Shown here: piece by piece, positions 25,372 to 38,900 of the stretch
How the letters are laid out: every line of letters starts with the position of its first letter
Numbering within the stretch: position 1 is the first letter of the stretch
Assembly (NCBI RefSeq): GCF_006345805.1
Contig: NC_042998.1
Span: 61,938,001-62,002,000 of the forward strand
From: Octopus sinensis
Taxonomy: Eukaryota
Length of the DNA: 64,000 nt
Direction: 5' to 3'
The notes under the pieces: generated by a model
What the model was told of the DNA's origin: nothing
Database searches by the model: none
Seen by the model: only the letters and a program-made list of their open reading frames with translations
Program-made: the position numbers and the translations under genes

Positions 25372-27460
25372 GATATCTAGACTTTATTATTCTTTTACTG
25401 TTTTCTGTGACTGAAATGCAGCCATGCAGTGATTGCTGTGGTTTTGGTTATTAATGTCAATGCCAATCAATTGTGGGCAGCATATTTTGTTGTTCTCAAA
25501 AGGAACTGTTACATTTTAAACAAAGGGAAAACGTTGCTGCCAAACCTACTCATTTCCTCCCTCAAAGTAATTTTCTGACCAGCAAGGGACTCATTTTATA
25601 TTTGTGTAGATTTAAAAATACAAGTTTACGACTTAGTTTTGGAAAACCTTTCAACAAGTTTGTAACATATCACTATCATAACTTTTGTATTGATCTCTGG
25701 TAATTTTGATGTAGAAAATCTAAAATGACAGCAAATACAAGCCAGTAAACATATCTATCCTCACTCCTCTCACACCATTTCTCTGTTATCTCAAAAATCA
25801 CACATTTGTTCCCCACCACTTACCCAATAAACTGATTTGTACACTCTATGTTATCTTATCAGTACAGAAATCGTCAGAGCTTAAAATAAAACAATTATTG
25901 TTTGATAATTTCTTGACAAACCAAGTCAGAAATGAAATTTCACTTGAAGCCATTTCACTTCACTTACATCACTATTACGTTAGAAAGAGCATGAACATCA
26001 CAACTACCACTCCTCTTCAATTAGGCAATAGACCTGTGTTTGAAACAATAACATGTAATAAAATAATTGTTTCTAACATAAGCAAAGAGCTGAAATTTAG
26101 GAGAGGCTTAGTCAATTAAATTAATCTCAGTACTTGATTGATATTTTATTTTATCAACCTCGAGAGGATGAAACGCAAAGTTATCTAGGTGAGAGTGAAC
26201 TAATAATGTTAGTATGTGCTGATGCCATGTAAAAAGCATCCAGTATACTCCACAAAGTGGCTGGTGTTAGGAAGGGCATCCAACTGTAGAAACCAAGCCA
26301 AGACAGACTATGGAAAATGGTGCAGCTCCTGTTAAACCATTCAACCAGCATGGGAAACAGACATTACATGATGATGATTTAATACTGTAACAATTCTGCT
26401 AATCTAATAAAATAATTGCTTCTGATTTGGTCAAAAAAGCAAACAATTCTGTGGGAAAGGAATTAGAAAATTTAAAGTGTGCAAGTTCAGAGCCAATTCC
26501 TTGCCTTCAGTTGCAGCAGGCTACCAGTGCCTGATCTGCTGTAGAGCCTAAGCACACATTGGACTAATTGGCCACAGCCAGACACACCATGACCTGTCCT
26601 CTTCTCCATGTGATGTCCTTGGTCACCATTGGTAACAACAGATGAACTAATAGTGAGACATCAAACTGGATCAGTTGGTATGCTGCTATCTTGGCCATCT
26701 AAAGCACAGGAAAGAAACTAAATATTTTAACTGTCAATATAATAAAGAAAAAAAATGATTGTGTGATGTTCATGCCTTTCTCTGAGAACAATGACATATG
26801 GAATTTATTCACCATTACTTTGGGATTAAAATCAACTCATAGATTTCATTCATAGAAAGTTGGACTTTATTTCTTCACTGATTTTAAACAAAACGTAAAA
26901 GTCCTTACAGTCAATTTAGTGTGTTCATTAACTTCATTAAACCCAGAAGGATAAAAGACAAACTCAAACTGAAAAGTACTCAAAATAAGAACATAAAATT
27001 TTGTGACTAAATACTGCAAAACATTCAAAACATTTTGTCCTTTGTGATTGTACCTGGTTGTGTCAAACCACCACCTTTATATATTACTTGCCAATAAACT
27101 AGTAAGTTAATAAAGACAACGACAACATATATGAGAGGTGCAACAAAAAATATAAATAGCTTAACTATAAGAATAAAAAAAACCCATTTACCAGTTGCGT
27201 AGTACTGATGAAGGCAATGAGTGATGAGTGAGTACATAAAATACATTATTTTAGTTTGAGAAAGACACAGAAACAGAAGCTGAGATGTAGAAATATTCAT
27301 GATACCATCAAGTCATTTAATCTGAACTAGTGTTTTCAGAGATAGCCAGGCCCATAGTATGTGGGACAAGCTAGGGTTTGATAAAGCAATTGCGTGAACA
27401 AGACACATAGGGTGCACTTAATTTTGATATTTTAAAAATGTTTTATTTTTACTGATTTGA

Positions 27461-27676
27461 CCCTTTAGCATTTAAACTTGTCATATCAGGGCCAAACATT
27501 TTACCTATTTTCTTTTCAAATTGGCTAGATCTGGCCTCTCAAACCTACCTTACAATGTCATTCTAAAAATAATCACATCATTGGAAGTTTGAAGCTACAA
27601 GATTAATGCATGATTAATCCAAAATATTGTGAATAAATAAGCATTACATATTGACAGAGTAATCAATGCTAAAGGG
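27461..27676. mobile_element. piggyBac-type MITE
   Basis: Perfect 12-bp TIR CCCTTTAGCATT / AATGCTAAAGGG. Flanks TTGA and GTAA are degenerate TTAA. Confidence 0.7.
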
Positions 27677-28365
27677 GTAAGAGATTAGTTCAGAGTTTAT
27701 TCTAAAGCATATGTATATATACATCTATATACACATGCATGCTGCATAATTCATAACAGATCATAAATATGCGTTGTAGTGAGGAATTGCAAGTGTGCAT
27801 GTGCTTTTAAATAACCCAACAGTATCAAAAATATTTCAACAGTTTTCCAGAAAAGTACATTAGACAGAGCAGTAAGAGAATACAAAATATGTATGCATAT
27901 CTACATATATATATACATACATACATATATATATACATACATACGTACAGATACAAATATATTCATGCAAAGTATGAGAAACTTAAATATTAAAATGATA
28001 AGTTGAAATCAAGCAAGAAGCAGAGAATTTTTAGTATTCCATTTCCATAGGTCATAATAGAGGCTTACATTTATTTATATGGCCTTTGTTATGATCTATG
28101 TAATGTTTAGCAGTTAAGAATTAAATTTAAAAGAAAGTAAAAATTAAGACATATATATATATTGTGTTATTATTTTCACTAAACTAACTGTAAGCCCTGA
28201 AAGAACAATCTTTAAAGAGGTCATCATGCTCTTGTAGTACTTGTAAGCAAGACGCTTTTTTTTCTTTTTCTATTTTTTTTTTTTTAATATGGAAAGTTTG
28301 TAAGCTTCCAATGATTTTCGATAAAGAAAATTTTAGCTTGAAATACTTCCTGGACGATAACTTAC

Positions 28366-28755
28366 CATTATTAACTTCAGTATTATCACAGTCACTGAGA
28401 TGCTCATAATGCTCAACAGATGATCTGCGTTGAGTCAGACCATCTGGTGTACAAACAGTCGTTACTTTCTCAACGTGTTCAGCCTTAAATTCAAAATTTC
28501 CTCGATCTGGAAGCTCACTGGTAAAAACTGGATTAATGTTCAGATGCAAATTGTTTCGTGGAGCTGAAGTCTCAATAAGTGGATAGTCATTCTCAGCGTC
28601 ATTGTCTAATGCTATAATCTCATTGAGAACATTTGTTGTAGTGCTATCTTTATTATCTTTACTTTCTTCTTTGATTACGTGTATAGCTTTATCATTGCCT
28701 TCAGATGCTGTTCGGCGATGGATGTTTTGAACAATATTCCTCTGCTCAGTGCTTT
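28366..28755 (-). CDS. BCL2L14: BCL2L14-like gene, coding exon 2 (acidic/low-complexity linker, ESTEQRNIVQ...NTEVNN)
   Basis: 390 nt, stop-free, phase 1-1. Acceptor ttgaacag|AA and donor AATG|GTAAGT. Includes the 28184..28549 ORF frame. Confidence 0.85.
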
Positions 28756-31700
28756 CTGTTCAATCAATAAAAATATGGTGGTAGTAATAGTGGTAGTTGT
28801 TGTTGTTGTTGTAGTAGTACTAGTGGTTGAGCTTTTTCATTTAATTGTTAGATGTTCAATGCAGAGAATTTAGTAGTGAAAGAGTATATAACATTATAAA
28901 TGCATATGTGTAAACATGTTTGTCAAAATCTTGCATGTCAATAGAATAAATTTCATTTGAAAAAAAAGAAGCATGTGTGCTTGTGCTTATTATTTAGGCC
29001 TCTTTTGATATATTAATGCAACAGGTAGCACAGTAATATAGCTAATACAACAGGTAGCATAGGAATGCATCCAATTTATTTTCTTGATTAAATGGATAAG
29101 TTATATCAATATTCTCATTATCATTTATAATATAGAATAATTACTTTCTGAATTTAAACATGAAACGCATACACATATGCTTATATACACACACGCAGAC
29201 AAATATAAATATTTATATAAGGGCATCCTATTTGTAATGTCATTTTTAGCACATAGAATGTTTTAATGTGCCTGGTTCTCTTTAATCTGATATACTTTGT
29301 AAAGGTTATCCATCCCATTCATCTAGCCAGCCAGCCAGTCAGAAACACATCAGATCTAACAACATACTTTACACATAATGCCCAAGTGTCAGATCAGTGT
29401 TGCTGTGTATCAAAACTGCACCTTGTTGGGGTTAGAGAAATGCATATACTACATACAGTACTGCCCTGTTTCAAAAATAGGAGTGGTACTATAGAACTAA
29501 GATGAAACAGGAATTTTGTCAGATATTTTTGTATGTGAAAAAGTAGATTAAAATATTTATTCCAAAGTAATTTAACAGAAGCAGGACTACTGTAAATGAA
29601 TTAAGTTTCATGATTTATTGAAAACTACTCTTTAAAATAATTATTGAATGACAGTCAAAAACTTGACCTATGATTCTCTTTGACTCTTCCTTTAAATTGG
29701 CTGACATTTTACGAACATAGTCAAGTGTTTAAATTTTTAAAAAAAACAGGTGTCATGAATTGTGAATAAATTATTTAAATGACTGTGTAAAAGTTTACAC
29801 AGCATTTATTACTGATGGATTGGAATTTCAACCACGGAGTAACTGGAGATAAAATAAGCTTTAATGTTGTTACTGCTGCTGTTTGTTCCAAATTCTGACC
29901 TGATTGGACAGATGAATAATCAGTATTTCTAATCACAATCATCCAATAATTTTTTATTCTTCTGATTTTGTAGGTGTGATTTGACTGACAGAAATTCAGA
30001 GATTTGACAGTTATTTCTAGCCGTGCTGAAGGTTATATGTTGACTCAATAATATTGGTGGTAATGAAGCCAGACATAACAATAGTTGCAGTAGTCTTTAT
30101 TGCCATTTAGCATCAAGTCAACCCTGACTGAACAAACCAATGAGCAAAGGCATTCCAGCCATGAGCATTCCTTTTTTTTTTAATGTCTAAGACTACATTG
30201 TTCTGCAATGTGTTTTTACATTTCTTATTTTAAAGATGGTGGGTAAGGTGTAATAAGGGACATTTGGTTGCTATTCCGGTATGTTGAGCCACTTTAAAGA
30301 AATTCAGGATATGATAGCTTAACAGAAAGAATGATGCACCAGAACTCAGCTGGTGTTCATTACAAATGAGTAGACTAGAACAAAGTAAACTGATGTGTCT
30401 TACTGAATGACACAAGGTGCTGCCTGGTCCAGGAGTTGAACTAATGGCCTTACACTTATGAGCTGAACACCCTAACCACTAGGACACAAACATCCACTGG
30501 AATCCTGTTAGATGATTTAAATAGATTTATAATATTATTCAAGGAATATATTATAATGAGAAACTGGGAAACTGGCCCTATGCTCCTTACAGAGTAATGT
30601 GGACTAATCCCTAACATTGGTTCCAGAAGATGTTTTCTTTTTTTCTTTTTGTAGCACTATGTATTTCCAGTCACATTCCAACAAGGTGATTTGTGTGTAA
30701 CAACAATAATTTTTGTGCAGTTAAACCTCAATCTAAGAAATGACACTACTTTACAGGGTGTGTGTATGTATATACATATATAAGATATACATACATACAT
30801 ACATTAATATACACACAAACACAAATATGTCTATATATACATATATATATATATATATACATATACACACTGCATATTATAACCAAAACACGTGAAAAAT
30901 GGTTACTGGTGAACAGAAACAAGAAGACCATATTTACAAAATTTAGAGAAATGCTCAATTAGGATTGTTTATTTTATTTCTAATGAAGACATATTTCATT
31001 TACTCAAGTGAAAAAAAACAAATGCTTCCAAATTTTGTGAATTTGGTAAAAGTAAAGATCATTAAGAATTAATTATAGTATTTATATGAATAGTGCATTT
31101 TATAATTACAAGTAACGTAATAATAAATACGGTCTTTGACAATGTTACAAATAAACATCAGACTTTGTTAAACAATATACAGCATTTCCAAAAACATTTT
31201 TGTCGTAAGCTTGTTAATAGAAATAGTTATTGATAAGCATAGATTCTGTCAATGAATTTAAAGGATGTGCTAAGATTTTTAACTTCAAATATGAAAACAT
31301 TATATGGCTAAAATAATCTTAGGTTAAATCCCAAATCTGCTTTCTTCAATTTAAGATATTTTTACATCATTGGATTTTGGAATTGGTAAATAAATAAATG
31401 TTATATGTGAAAAACATTTAGTCATTATTGTAAAGGAATTTTGAATTTAAACTCAAAATTTAATGGAGGCAAAAATGCCTACAAACTGAATAATTACAAT
31501 TTTGGTTCTATTTTTTAAAGTTTAGGTAAATTTAGAGCAAAATGGAAAACAATTAGGAATACAGAGTTCATCTCATTAAATTTAGGATTTAATATGACAA
31601 AATATATTTTCATACATAAAATTTATCAACTAAATCACAAATCCGTAAAGTATCAATGACCAAGTAAAAGAAATGGTGTTGATTTAAACAGAAAACAAAC

Positions 31701-32429
31701 ACAACATTTTTATGTAACCAAGCACAACATATTCTGTAAACTGCCACTATGACTTATAGTTTTATATCACGCAATTTGTAAACAGTAGATAGCATCATTG
31801 GTAATATTCTAACAGGCTAATCTGATATCAGGAGTGACAGTGCAACTCAGTTGAAATAAACACCAAAAGGTATTTTTGTTTGAAAGCACAGGTTTATCAG
31901 TTGTCTCACCAATATGTACATTTTTTCTCAATATACATATTGGAGAAATAGATACATATGTACAGCACTTAAAACATACTTTTTTACTGAGAAAATCAGA
32001 CATTTCTTATTCAGAAGTTTAACAAATTAGCTCCAACTTCCTATTTTGCAAGTTTTCATTTAAACTTTTCAGGATTTGGTAACAAATATTTACATGAGAA
32101 AAAAAAAAGAACTATAACTAAGAATACAAGTTTTGGCTTCATCTGATCTTCTCTTATCATCATCCACACTGTGTCTATACTCCACCCAGAATGCCACCAC
32201 TCTAAAATATTTTCCTCACCCATGTTCTTCCTGCAGACAAGGAGGGGAGGAGTTACAATTGTTCAAGTACTGCATACATGTCAGGGGTTATAGGAAGCCT
32301 ATGAAGGCCTTGGACACAGGCCATTTCTTCAGAACTCGTCATGATTAAAAAAACAGATTTATATAGAAAAATGATTTATATAAAATATATCTATAAGTGA
32401 TAAAAGTGAGATAATAAAATAAAACTAAC

Positions 32430-33291
32430 CTTTTCTCCCAAGAGAGAGGGTTTTCTTCCCATTTCTGTGAAGTGATTTTAATTTGTTAAGAGATGATGGC
32501 AGTCCTTTAGAACCTGAATTGTCTGAACTTTCCTTAATGCTAAGATGAGATTCAATATGACGTGACTCACCATTCTTCTCTTTTATTTTCTTTGACTCCC
32601 AGATTTCCCCTTCACGAAGGGTAATCTCAGTTTTTTGGCAAGGAATATCTGATATTGTAGACGATTGACGAATGTGTGTCCTTGTATAGGTTGTCACTTC
32701 TTTCAGTACTTTATCTTTTGTCTTGACCTTCTTCTTCTTTTTCTTATCTTTCTTCTTTATAAAAACATTGTCATTGTTCGCTTCCTTTTCGGCTTGAATT
32801 TTTTTAAACTTTCTCGATATGTTAAACGACATTCTCAGTCGTTCTTTTGCCCGTTTAAACAGGCTCTTTTTACGACGTACTCTTGAATCATTATCAGAGC
32901 TAGACGACGACGAATTACTCGAAGAATGCCGAAGTTTAGAAGAATTACAAAGAAAGCCAGGAGCTGATGATGGTGACTCAATACTCGAACTACATTCCTC
33001 ATCGCTTGCAAGAGGAGCAGTATTTTCATAAGTAATTTCAGTTTTTGTCATTGAATGGAAACTGTCATCACTTAGAATGGATTCATGTGATGCTTTTCTG
33101 TAACTGGCTCGACGCTTGAAATTTGGTTTCTCTTCAAACACTTCGAGTTCTGAAACTTTTTGGTAAACTGAGTTCATAGGAGTAATAGATGTGAGGCTTT
33201 CCTGATGCCTCATCAAGAACTCTTCCAAGATAGCATTAGCCTCTTGTTTAACCATAGGAATGGTTGACTGCCTACGCCTTTTCCCAACCAT
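32430..33291 (-). CDS. BCL2L14: Bcl-2 family (Bcl-G/BCL2L14-like) gene, coding exon 1: BH4-like N-terminal helix (VKQEANAILEEFL) plus Ser-rich and polybasic region
   Basis: 288-aa ORF. A polypyrimidine acceptor (cattttctttttctatag) lies 7 nt before the ATG at 33291. Phase-1 donor AAAG|GTTAGT at 32430 joins in frame to the next exon. Confidence 0.85.
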
Positions 33292-33439
33292 CTTGGAGCT
33301 ATAGAAAAAGAAAATGAAACAACTGTGAAAATCAACATATAAGCTAGTAAGTTAATAAATTACATCCATATTTAGATTTTTAAAATGTACAAAACAGTTA
33401 TGGCTCCATTCCTTTACTCACTAAAATAGTATCGACACA

Positions 33440-33712
33440 CAGTGGCGGACTGGCCAGGTTGCCAGATGGCAAGTGGGACCCTGAGCCATTAGAATCCATA
33501 TACGGGGGCCCATCCCCTCAAGTTTGATAATTTTTTATTCACTCCTGGAAGAATGCATTGATTATTTCAGCTTGGCTGTGTTTGTAGACAGTTGAAAAGA
33601 ATACTTTTAACAAAAAAATAAAATAAAATAAAAAATGATAGCATTGTAGTTGCAGGTGGGCCACCTTAGTAGTCTCCTGGCAACCAATATTTTTAGATCC
33701 AGTCTGTCACTG
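33440..33712. mobile_element. hAT-type MITE
   Basis: TIR CAGTGGCGGACTGG / CCAGTCTGTCACTG (12/14). 8-bp TSD TCGACACA / TCTACACA (7/8). Confidence 0.8.
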
Positions 33713-35929
33713 TCTACACACCACCTTCATTAATGACAAAACTAAATCTTTTCTCCATAGAATATCATACTTTTGGAATTACCATCCTTGTTCATGTTTT
33801 TTCTGCTGTTGTTCAAGAAAATCAACTATGTTGCCCTCGCCAGTCTTAGAGGGCCTGCAAAAACTGCCTGTTTTCACCTATTAAATTCTAGTATAGCTAT
33901 AATTAATCAGAGATTAACTTAATTTTTTTTTTACTATGTTATTTTTATAAACTACATTCCAGTCATTGCAATTAATGGACAATCATATTCTAATAGCAAG
34001 TTTGAAATATATAAATATACACTGGTATAGTTTCCATGTACTTATCATGACTTCATGATTACAGCTGCCAACAGTCAAAGTTACACAATAGAGGTAACAT
34101 GCAATGATTGTTACTGGCAACTTGTACACAATTGATCAACTTGCTACAGAGTGCAACCAAATCTCTCTCAAATGACACCCTACTGTTTTATCTAAGTATG
34201 AGCCAACTATGAAGTCTCTAACTAGTTGCTTGACCAGGAAGAAATACAAGCCAAATCTTTCTTAAACCACACCTTACTTTCTTAAGTATGAACCAACAAG
34301 AGGTGACATGGTCACTTGATCTGCAACAAATACCAACTAAATCTCCCTCAAATCACATTTAATCATTTTAAACAAAGGATATATGAGATGTTGTCATCCT
34401 TGATACACAAAATATTGGGTTGGTCATGGCTGGAATGCCTTTGATGACATAAATCTGCTTGATCAGGGTTGACCCTATTCTAGAGTGGTACACTTAATCT
34501 ATTGTTTAATTTAAACCCCCACCCCACCTGGACCTTGTGTGTCTCTGGTGGTCACTAGTTTTGCTGCATGCACTCAAACCAAGTCTCTAAGGTTTCATAA
34601 AATAACTTCTTTATTATTAAGTTGGTGTTTGGAAGATATCTCAATAAAAGATCCTTACAAAAAATTGTGATAGAAGGCTTAAACTTATATGTAAACATTT
34701 TGAGACAAACAGTTTTTGCATCATAGAACCAGTATCAAAAGTTATGAACAAACTCATTTTTTATGAAGAACCCTTGACTTGCTCTCAGAGCTGGGTAACA
34801 CTGAGTTACTCAGTATCAAATTTTAGACTACTTCAGTGCCATAGGCTCACTTAATAATAACAAATTCTTGGATTGTAACTGATCTATCATTTATTTTGTT
34901 ACTGTTATGTAACAATCCCAAGATCTTTCAATCTCTAGATGGCCCAATAGCCAGAATGGATCTAAAATCAATGTTTAGGAGTCGATAGTCCAGTAATTTA
35001 TCTACAGACAAAATATTCCATCGTCTCTGTTCATAGAGATCTCACAACAAAGACCTTTACACAATTTACAAATACCAGGCCTTATAATTACCCATGAAGA
35101 CCAATGTATAGCGATTATAAGAATGCCAGAATTGCATCTCAAAGACTGGGCCATGTTTTATACTCACAGCAAGCAACGGCTCCTTACCCTTTGTAAGGTA
35201 CATGTGTACTTCCTATATAAATGTCATTCCTATATAAATGGAAGTGATCGTTGCTAAGCAGACTTGACATCAAAAACAGAAGGAAAGTTACCCAACTGGT
35301 TGGTAAGATATATTACCACTAACCCACTTTTGTCCAGTAATATCCTCCTCATCTCGTTGTTACTGCTTTGTTGAACTAGCAGACTGCGTACAGGACCATC
35401 TGATTCACTTCCAAATTAACCTTTGTTCCCGTAAGGGGCAAAACTCAACAGCACTCTTCTTGCCCACATTTTTTTCGCGTTGACTCCCAACTTCAATGGC
35501 TTCCCCAGCTGAGGAGATCGCGACAATTTCCCCTCCTTTTCGAGTTACAATGTGAAAGAAAAAGGAAACAAAAGGAAATCAACCCTTCAGTTTTACTCCC
35601 ATTGAGTTAATAGTTTATGGGAAAAGTTTCTAACTCAGATTTCAGAAAACGAAACCCTACCAAACCATCTTCAGATGTCAGACAAATGATCCTGTAGATG
35701 ATGTACTCAATATCGGTGTAGGTTTCTTTATTAGACCTGCTCTCCGAGGATCGCAATCATTTCTACATCTTTATAACAACCATGCAATGAATGCGTTTTT
35801 GTTTTACTTGAAACAAGACACGACACTCTATTTCTAATTGTGGTGGCGTAGACTGAATTATTTCGTTACCCCACATACACAGTTATTGTTTTAGTCGCCG
35901 TGTATAAGTGTTACTCTTCATATATATAT

Positions 35930-35993
<64 letters not shown>

Positions 35994-38900
35994 AGAGAGA
36001 TGTGTGTGTGTGTGTGTACATATGTGTGAGTGTTTTGTTATTTCCAGCTCTTTGTCTCTTCAAAAGCATTATGGGCGAACTGTTTTCTAACATAGATATA
36101 TAAACATCTCAGAGAAATGGCAAATTATGGCGTTTTATACTTTCTCTTAAGAACATTAAGAAGCATACAGGAATCACGGAGGTTTTTGTTTTTACTAGGA
36201 ATCGAAATCGGGTTCCTCACTGGGTTCGACGAGGACTTGTGTCACATAATAGTGACTGTCACAAAAGCCACTGTCTGTCAGTAAATAAGTACTAAAATTT
36301 CTGAAAACAATAAAGCTACGATTGTTGAATTGAATAACGACAAACTGACCAGACAAGAGAGCGACTGACGAGGGTGGAAAAGGTTTGAAAATAAAAAGAA
36401 AGAAACAATGATTAAAAGAAAAGAAATGGGATCGTCTTGTGATCATTTTTAGTTCAATGACTCATGTATAACAAATCTATCAAGTTTACGAATTTGACGT
36501 TTAGTCAAGTTTTAGAGGAAGAAGAAAAACAAACAAACCAATTGCACGAAGAAGCAATGGAAAAAAGTAAACACATATTAAACGTAAAAAAACAGTCCCC
36601 TACCTCTTGTATTACGTGATCGATTATAGATGTATAATAAAGCAACTGTAACACGTGTCTTGTCTTATATTAATGATAGACAGGCAGACAGACAGACAGA
36701 CTTAAGATATTTATCTCAATGCAAATTCCGATTTACTGATCACAACACTAATCGGTCAACTAATATACCTTCACACACACACATACATATATATGTGCGT
36801 GTGTGTGTGTATGTGTGTGAGTGCATGTGTGTGTGTGTGATTTTAGTCAGCAGTAAACTTCCGAAATAACTTAGGCTCTACGTTCAACGAAATAATATAT
36901 ATATATATATATTCTTTTATCATGCTTTCCTCATTTTGTTCCTTATCTAGTGTTGTCAGCAATATATCGAATCATACACACTCACATACACACACACACA
37001 CGGTCACAGTGCGTGTACGATGCTGTTACCAAGACCACCTCCACCACTATCACCTGGCGAATCCGAATACCTTTCCGACGCTGGGGAGAGCGAATCTACC
37101 GAAAATAGCCACCAATACCCAATGACTTAATCGAAATGATTTTGCCATTTAAAACACCCCCACTCCAATTTATGCTTTTTAGGCTTCTAATGATAGCAGA
37201 CTGACAACATACGGTAATTATACAGTATGTAGGGATATGCACTTTGTGTAACCCTCATACACATTTTATAACCTACACACAGTCTATGTACCAGGGAGAC
37301 TGGCAGTGGTCTGCCGTAGGAGCAAAATATATATATATATTTATTTATTGGTATGAGAGTAAACTTACTTCTTCGTTGGTATATCGGTGTAAAAACTGTT
37401 TCCGTTATTTCAAAATCCTATGCATATTCGTGTCCCTATTAGCCACACTTGCTTTATATCTACCGCATACAAGTAACATATATTACATAGCTATTTCATA
37501 ACAAATTACACACATACACACACACACTATATATATATACATACACACACACACATACATATTACATAAGTAAAGACACTTCCGAACAAAATGGTCAAGT
37601 CGTTCACAAAAACTAACCATGGTGATTGAAAAATAGTGAGCAAACAATAAAATATAATGCAACTTTGAACACAGTCGACATATAAAAAAAAAAATCTAAA
37701 TATTAGATTATATAATTAATTAGACAGACTTGGTTTCTTCTCTGCATACATTACGGCTAGCCTTTTCCCGTAAAAAGTCCGTTGCACTTGTCAGTACATG
37801 TATTATTTAAGGAATAACAGTTGATGTAAACAAATAACTAAACAAAAAGTAAATAAGTATAAAGCTAATTTCTAGTGAAACAAAATATGTTTTATCAGAT
37901 GGAAGAAGAAGACGGAAGAAATGAAAAATCGCAGTATGTTTAGTATTTGAATAGACAAAGAGGACCACCAAGTAGTATTTTGTATGTGTGTGCGTCGTCA
38001 GTGTGTACATATGTATATGGTGCTCTTTAAATATGAATATAAATGTTAGAGTATCAATTAAAATATTCATGCAGTTGGTGTTGTCGCCAGCATTGAAATA
38101 TCAATGTTGAGGAAAATGTCCATTTTTACATACACACACATATAGAGAAAGAGAAAAATATACTAAGGGGTTTTTGGAAGCTCGAGAAGAGGAAAATTAT
38201 GGTTAACAAGCGAAAGGTTTAATAATTTAGATAAACATCCTGTTAATGTAATGTTTAAAAATGAATTTAAACTGCAGTTGTTTTGTTTGTTTAGGCACGT
38301 GTGTGTGTGAGAGAGAGAGGGTTAATAAAGCGAAGGCCAAAGTGTGTGAAGATAGGGAGGAAAAAAACTGCGAAATCAACTTTGGTATACAAGCACTTAC
38401 GCACAGACGCAGATAGCTACACATACACACATAGCAACACAGGGACTAACAAGAAACAAAGGTGCAAATACACACGCAAACATACATACATACAATGGCT
38501 CTTTTACGTGGTTGCCCACGCTAATAGAGATAGCAACCAAATCTCCATCAAATCATATCCCATATCTTTATTTTGCCCAGCGAAAATTCGGAGCAAACGA
38601 AAATACCAAAAAAAAATCACGATTCATATATATATATATATATATATATCTTAAAATCTACATACAATATTTATACAGTATAGATTCATACACAATGTAT
38701 TATAACCTCGACTAAGGAGCGAAGTTCCCATTAGATAATACAGCCTAAGAGATACAAAAAAAACAGGGTGGTCATGATTTGGAAAGTCCTTGGTCCAACA
38801 TAGCTTAGGACCAAACGACGATAACAAAAAAAAAAAAAAAGGAGGAAGGGAAGCATTTCTTTCGTAGTTTAGGCAAGTAACTATGTGCCCCAGGACAGAG

